Shown here piece after piece: positions 27,267 to 28,856 of a stretch of 28,856 bases of DNA. The stretch is taken from assembly GCA_903915465.1 (NCBI GenBank), contig CAIWTA010000113.1:1-28856 (forward strand), read 5' to 3'. The notes under the pieces are model-generated. The model was not told the origin of the DNA, ran no database searches, and saw only the letters and a list, made by a program, of their open reading frames with translations. Position 1 is the first letter of the stretch; each line of letters begins with the position of its first letter. Source of the DNA: an uncultured Bacteroidales bacterium. Lineage in GTDB: Bacteria > Bacteroidota > Bacteroidia > Bacteroidales > FEN-979. The position numbers were made by a program, and so were the translations under genes.

Positions 27267-28058
27267 ATGAAACTAACTTCTGGCTTTCCTTATGGCAAAT
27301 TGATTCTGCTTTTTGTGGTCATTGCCTTGCTTTCTTCATGTGTTACGCAGAAACAAGTAAAATATCTTCAAAAAAAGCAAAAGGAAGATACATTAAGCGC
27401 ATTTCCCAACACCCGTCTGGCTGACTATAAGATCCAATCGAACGACAATCTTTACATTAAAATTTTCAGCATGGATGAGAAAACATATCTCTTCTTTAAC
27501 AAACAGAATCCGGGCAGCTCTAGCTATGATTATATGTCTGATGCTGCGATATATCTTAACAGTTACAGCGTTGATGATTCTGGTTATATTAATTTCCCGC
27601 TGGTCGGGAAGCTATTTGTGAAAGCACTTACGCTGGAACAAGCAAAAGATATGATCCAGTCAATGGTCAATGAATACCTGAAGGAAACCTGTGTTGTTGT
27701 GAAGATGGTTAATTTCAACATCACGGTTGTTGGGGAAGTCAGGAGGCCTGGTGAAATAAAAGTTTACCAGGATAAAATCAACATTTTTGAGCTTTTATCA
27801 ATGGCTGGTGATCTTACGGATTTTGCAGATCGTGGGAAAGTTGCTCTTATCCGACAAACAAATGGTGGGTCCAAGGTTGTTTATCTGGACTTAAACAGTG
27901 AAAAAATATTGAATTCAGCGTATTATTACATGAGACCAAACGATATTCTTTATATCTCTCCGCTGGGGGTAAAGCGCTGGGGATTTGAAACATTTCCGTG
28001 GGGCGTTGTGTTCGCTGCCATTTCGACTGCCTTATTATTGATCAATTATTTTAAATAA
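27267..28058 (+). CDS. wza: Polysaccharide export outer-membrane lipoprotein, Wza/Poly_export family, 263 aa.
   Basis: Lipoprotein signal 'LLFVVIALLSSC'. Poly_export/SLBB-like core 'NDNLYIKIF...YRISVDDSGYINFPLVGKL.V.GLT..Q....I' and a C-terminal hydrophobic helix. Confidence 0.8.
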   Translation: MKLTSGFPYGKLILLFVVIALLSSCVTQKQVKYLQKKQKEDTLSAFPNTRLADYKIQSNDNLYIKIFSMDEKTYLFFNKQNPGSSSYDYMSDAAIYLNSYSVDDSGYINFPLVGKLFVKALTLEQAKDMIQSMVNEYLKETCVVVKMVNFNITVVGEVRRPGEIKVYQDKINIFELLSMAGDLTDFADRGKVALIRQTNGGSKVVYLDLNSEKILNSAYYYMRPNDILYISPLGVKRWGFETFPWGVVFAAISTALLLINYFK

Positions 28059-28074
28059 TATATAAACCAACCAC

Positions 28075-28856
28075 CGTGGACGAAAATTTTCAAGAATCCA
28101 ATCAACAGCAAGCCTTTGATTACAAGGCAGTTTTCTACAAAATATTCCGGTACTGGTATCTGTTTGTGTTGACCGTGATAATTGCCCTGACACTTGCTTA
28201 CTTGTTCAATAAGTATACACGACCTATCTATGAGGTTAAAACCACCGTCTTGATAAGAGACAAATCGGAGAATAAAATCAATCCGGAAGACATTATCGGC
28301 TTTGGTCTCTCGAACAAGATGGCAAACTTACAAAATGAAATCGGGATCCTGACTTCTTATACAATGACTTACAGGGCCGTCCTGAAAAGTGGGTTTGAGG
28401 TTTCATATTACAGCGAATCCAACTTTATTACAAAGGAGCTTTATACGGAGAGTCCTTTTACGGTAATCATCGATACTGCAGTTCCACAACCATTCAACCT
28501 TAGATTTGATATCATCATCCTTTCAAAGGACAAATTCAGTTTGAAAGTGCGCGATGAAAACATCAGTCTTTACAGTTTTTCAAAGAGGAAAAAAATCGAA
28601 GGGAAACCGCTTGAAATCAGCATGGAAGGTATAGTTCCGTTTGGCAAAGAGATCGTTCATAAATATTTCAAATTTAAGGTCAGGTTGAATTCACATTTTG
28701 ATGCGAAAAAAGACCTTAATCAGCTTTTCTATTTTAAGTTTAAAGACTATAATGGCCTCGTTGATGAATTCAAGACGTTTACTGTTGAACCAATCAATAA
28801 GGAAGCTTCAATTGTTGAGATCAAACTCAAAGGAGCCAACGTTATAAAAATTGTCG
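28075..28856 (+). CDS. wzc: N-terminal part of a Wzc-like chain-length-determinant / tyrosine autokinase polysaccharide co-polymerase. 3'-truncated by the window edge; putative GTG start.
   Basis: Frame 1 is open from the GTG at 28075 to the window end. 'FYKIFRYWYLFVLTVIIALTLAYLFNKYTRPIYEVKTTVLIRDKS' is the typical Wzz/Wzc N-terminal TM helix plus periplasmic domain start. It begins 16 nt after wza. Confidence 0.7.

Overview
This 28.9 kb window looks like Bacteroidetes chromosome. The evidence is a Type IX secretion (T9SS) C-terminal sorting domain on one secreted protein and several Bacteroidetes-type sigma-A promoters of the form TTG..(19-20 nt)..TAnnTTTG, on a roughly 40% GC background. 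Most of the window is conserved core genes plus a few membrane, surface and signalling genes. Left to right: the C-terminal end of a PAS-domain protein (1-555), then a 1175-aa PAS/GAF hybrid histidine kinase with a C-terminal receiver domain (573-4100). A T9SS-sorted tandem-repeat protein follows on the minus strand (4195-6132), then a 682-aa flotillin/SPFH protein with three internal repeats (6467-8515, minus). A LolA-like lipoprotein-sorting protein gene (8968-9696) precedes a 1034-aa secreted BNR/Asp-box (sortilin/Vps10-like) beta-propeller protein (9701-12805). An Ntn-hydrolase (C45/choloylglycine-hydrolase-like) lipoprotein sits at 13000-14553 (minus). An AT-rich islet follows, bounded by a 19-bp direct repeat of the 3' end of tRNA-Met(CAU); it carries an Xre(DUF2384)-RES toxin-antitoxin pair (15197-16099, minus) and ends at the intact tRNA-Met (16379-16452, minus). 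After it come a HAD hydrolase, queA, ispD, a processive GT2 glycosyltransferase (QRLRW motif) with a flippase-like membrane partner on the minus strand, ruvC, an arginase-fold protein with substituted metal ligands, topA, miaB, and the start of a wza/wzc polysaccharide export locus that runs off the right edge. The most second-look-worthy region is 14700-16400: the tRNA-anchored islet with the RES-Xre module, a second degenerate attachment-like copy, tandem ~24-nt repeat units, and a motif that also occurs at 8800-8895. No integrase, transposase, CRISPR array or rRNA was found. All calls come from reading the sequence and the ORF translations by eye. No database searches were run.
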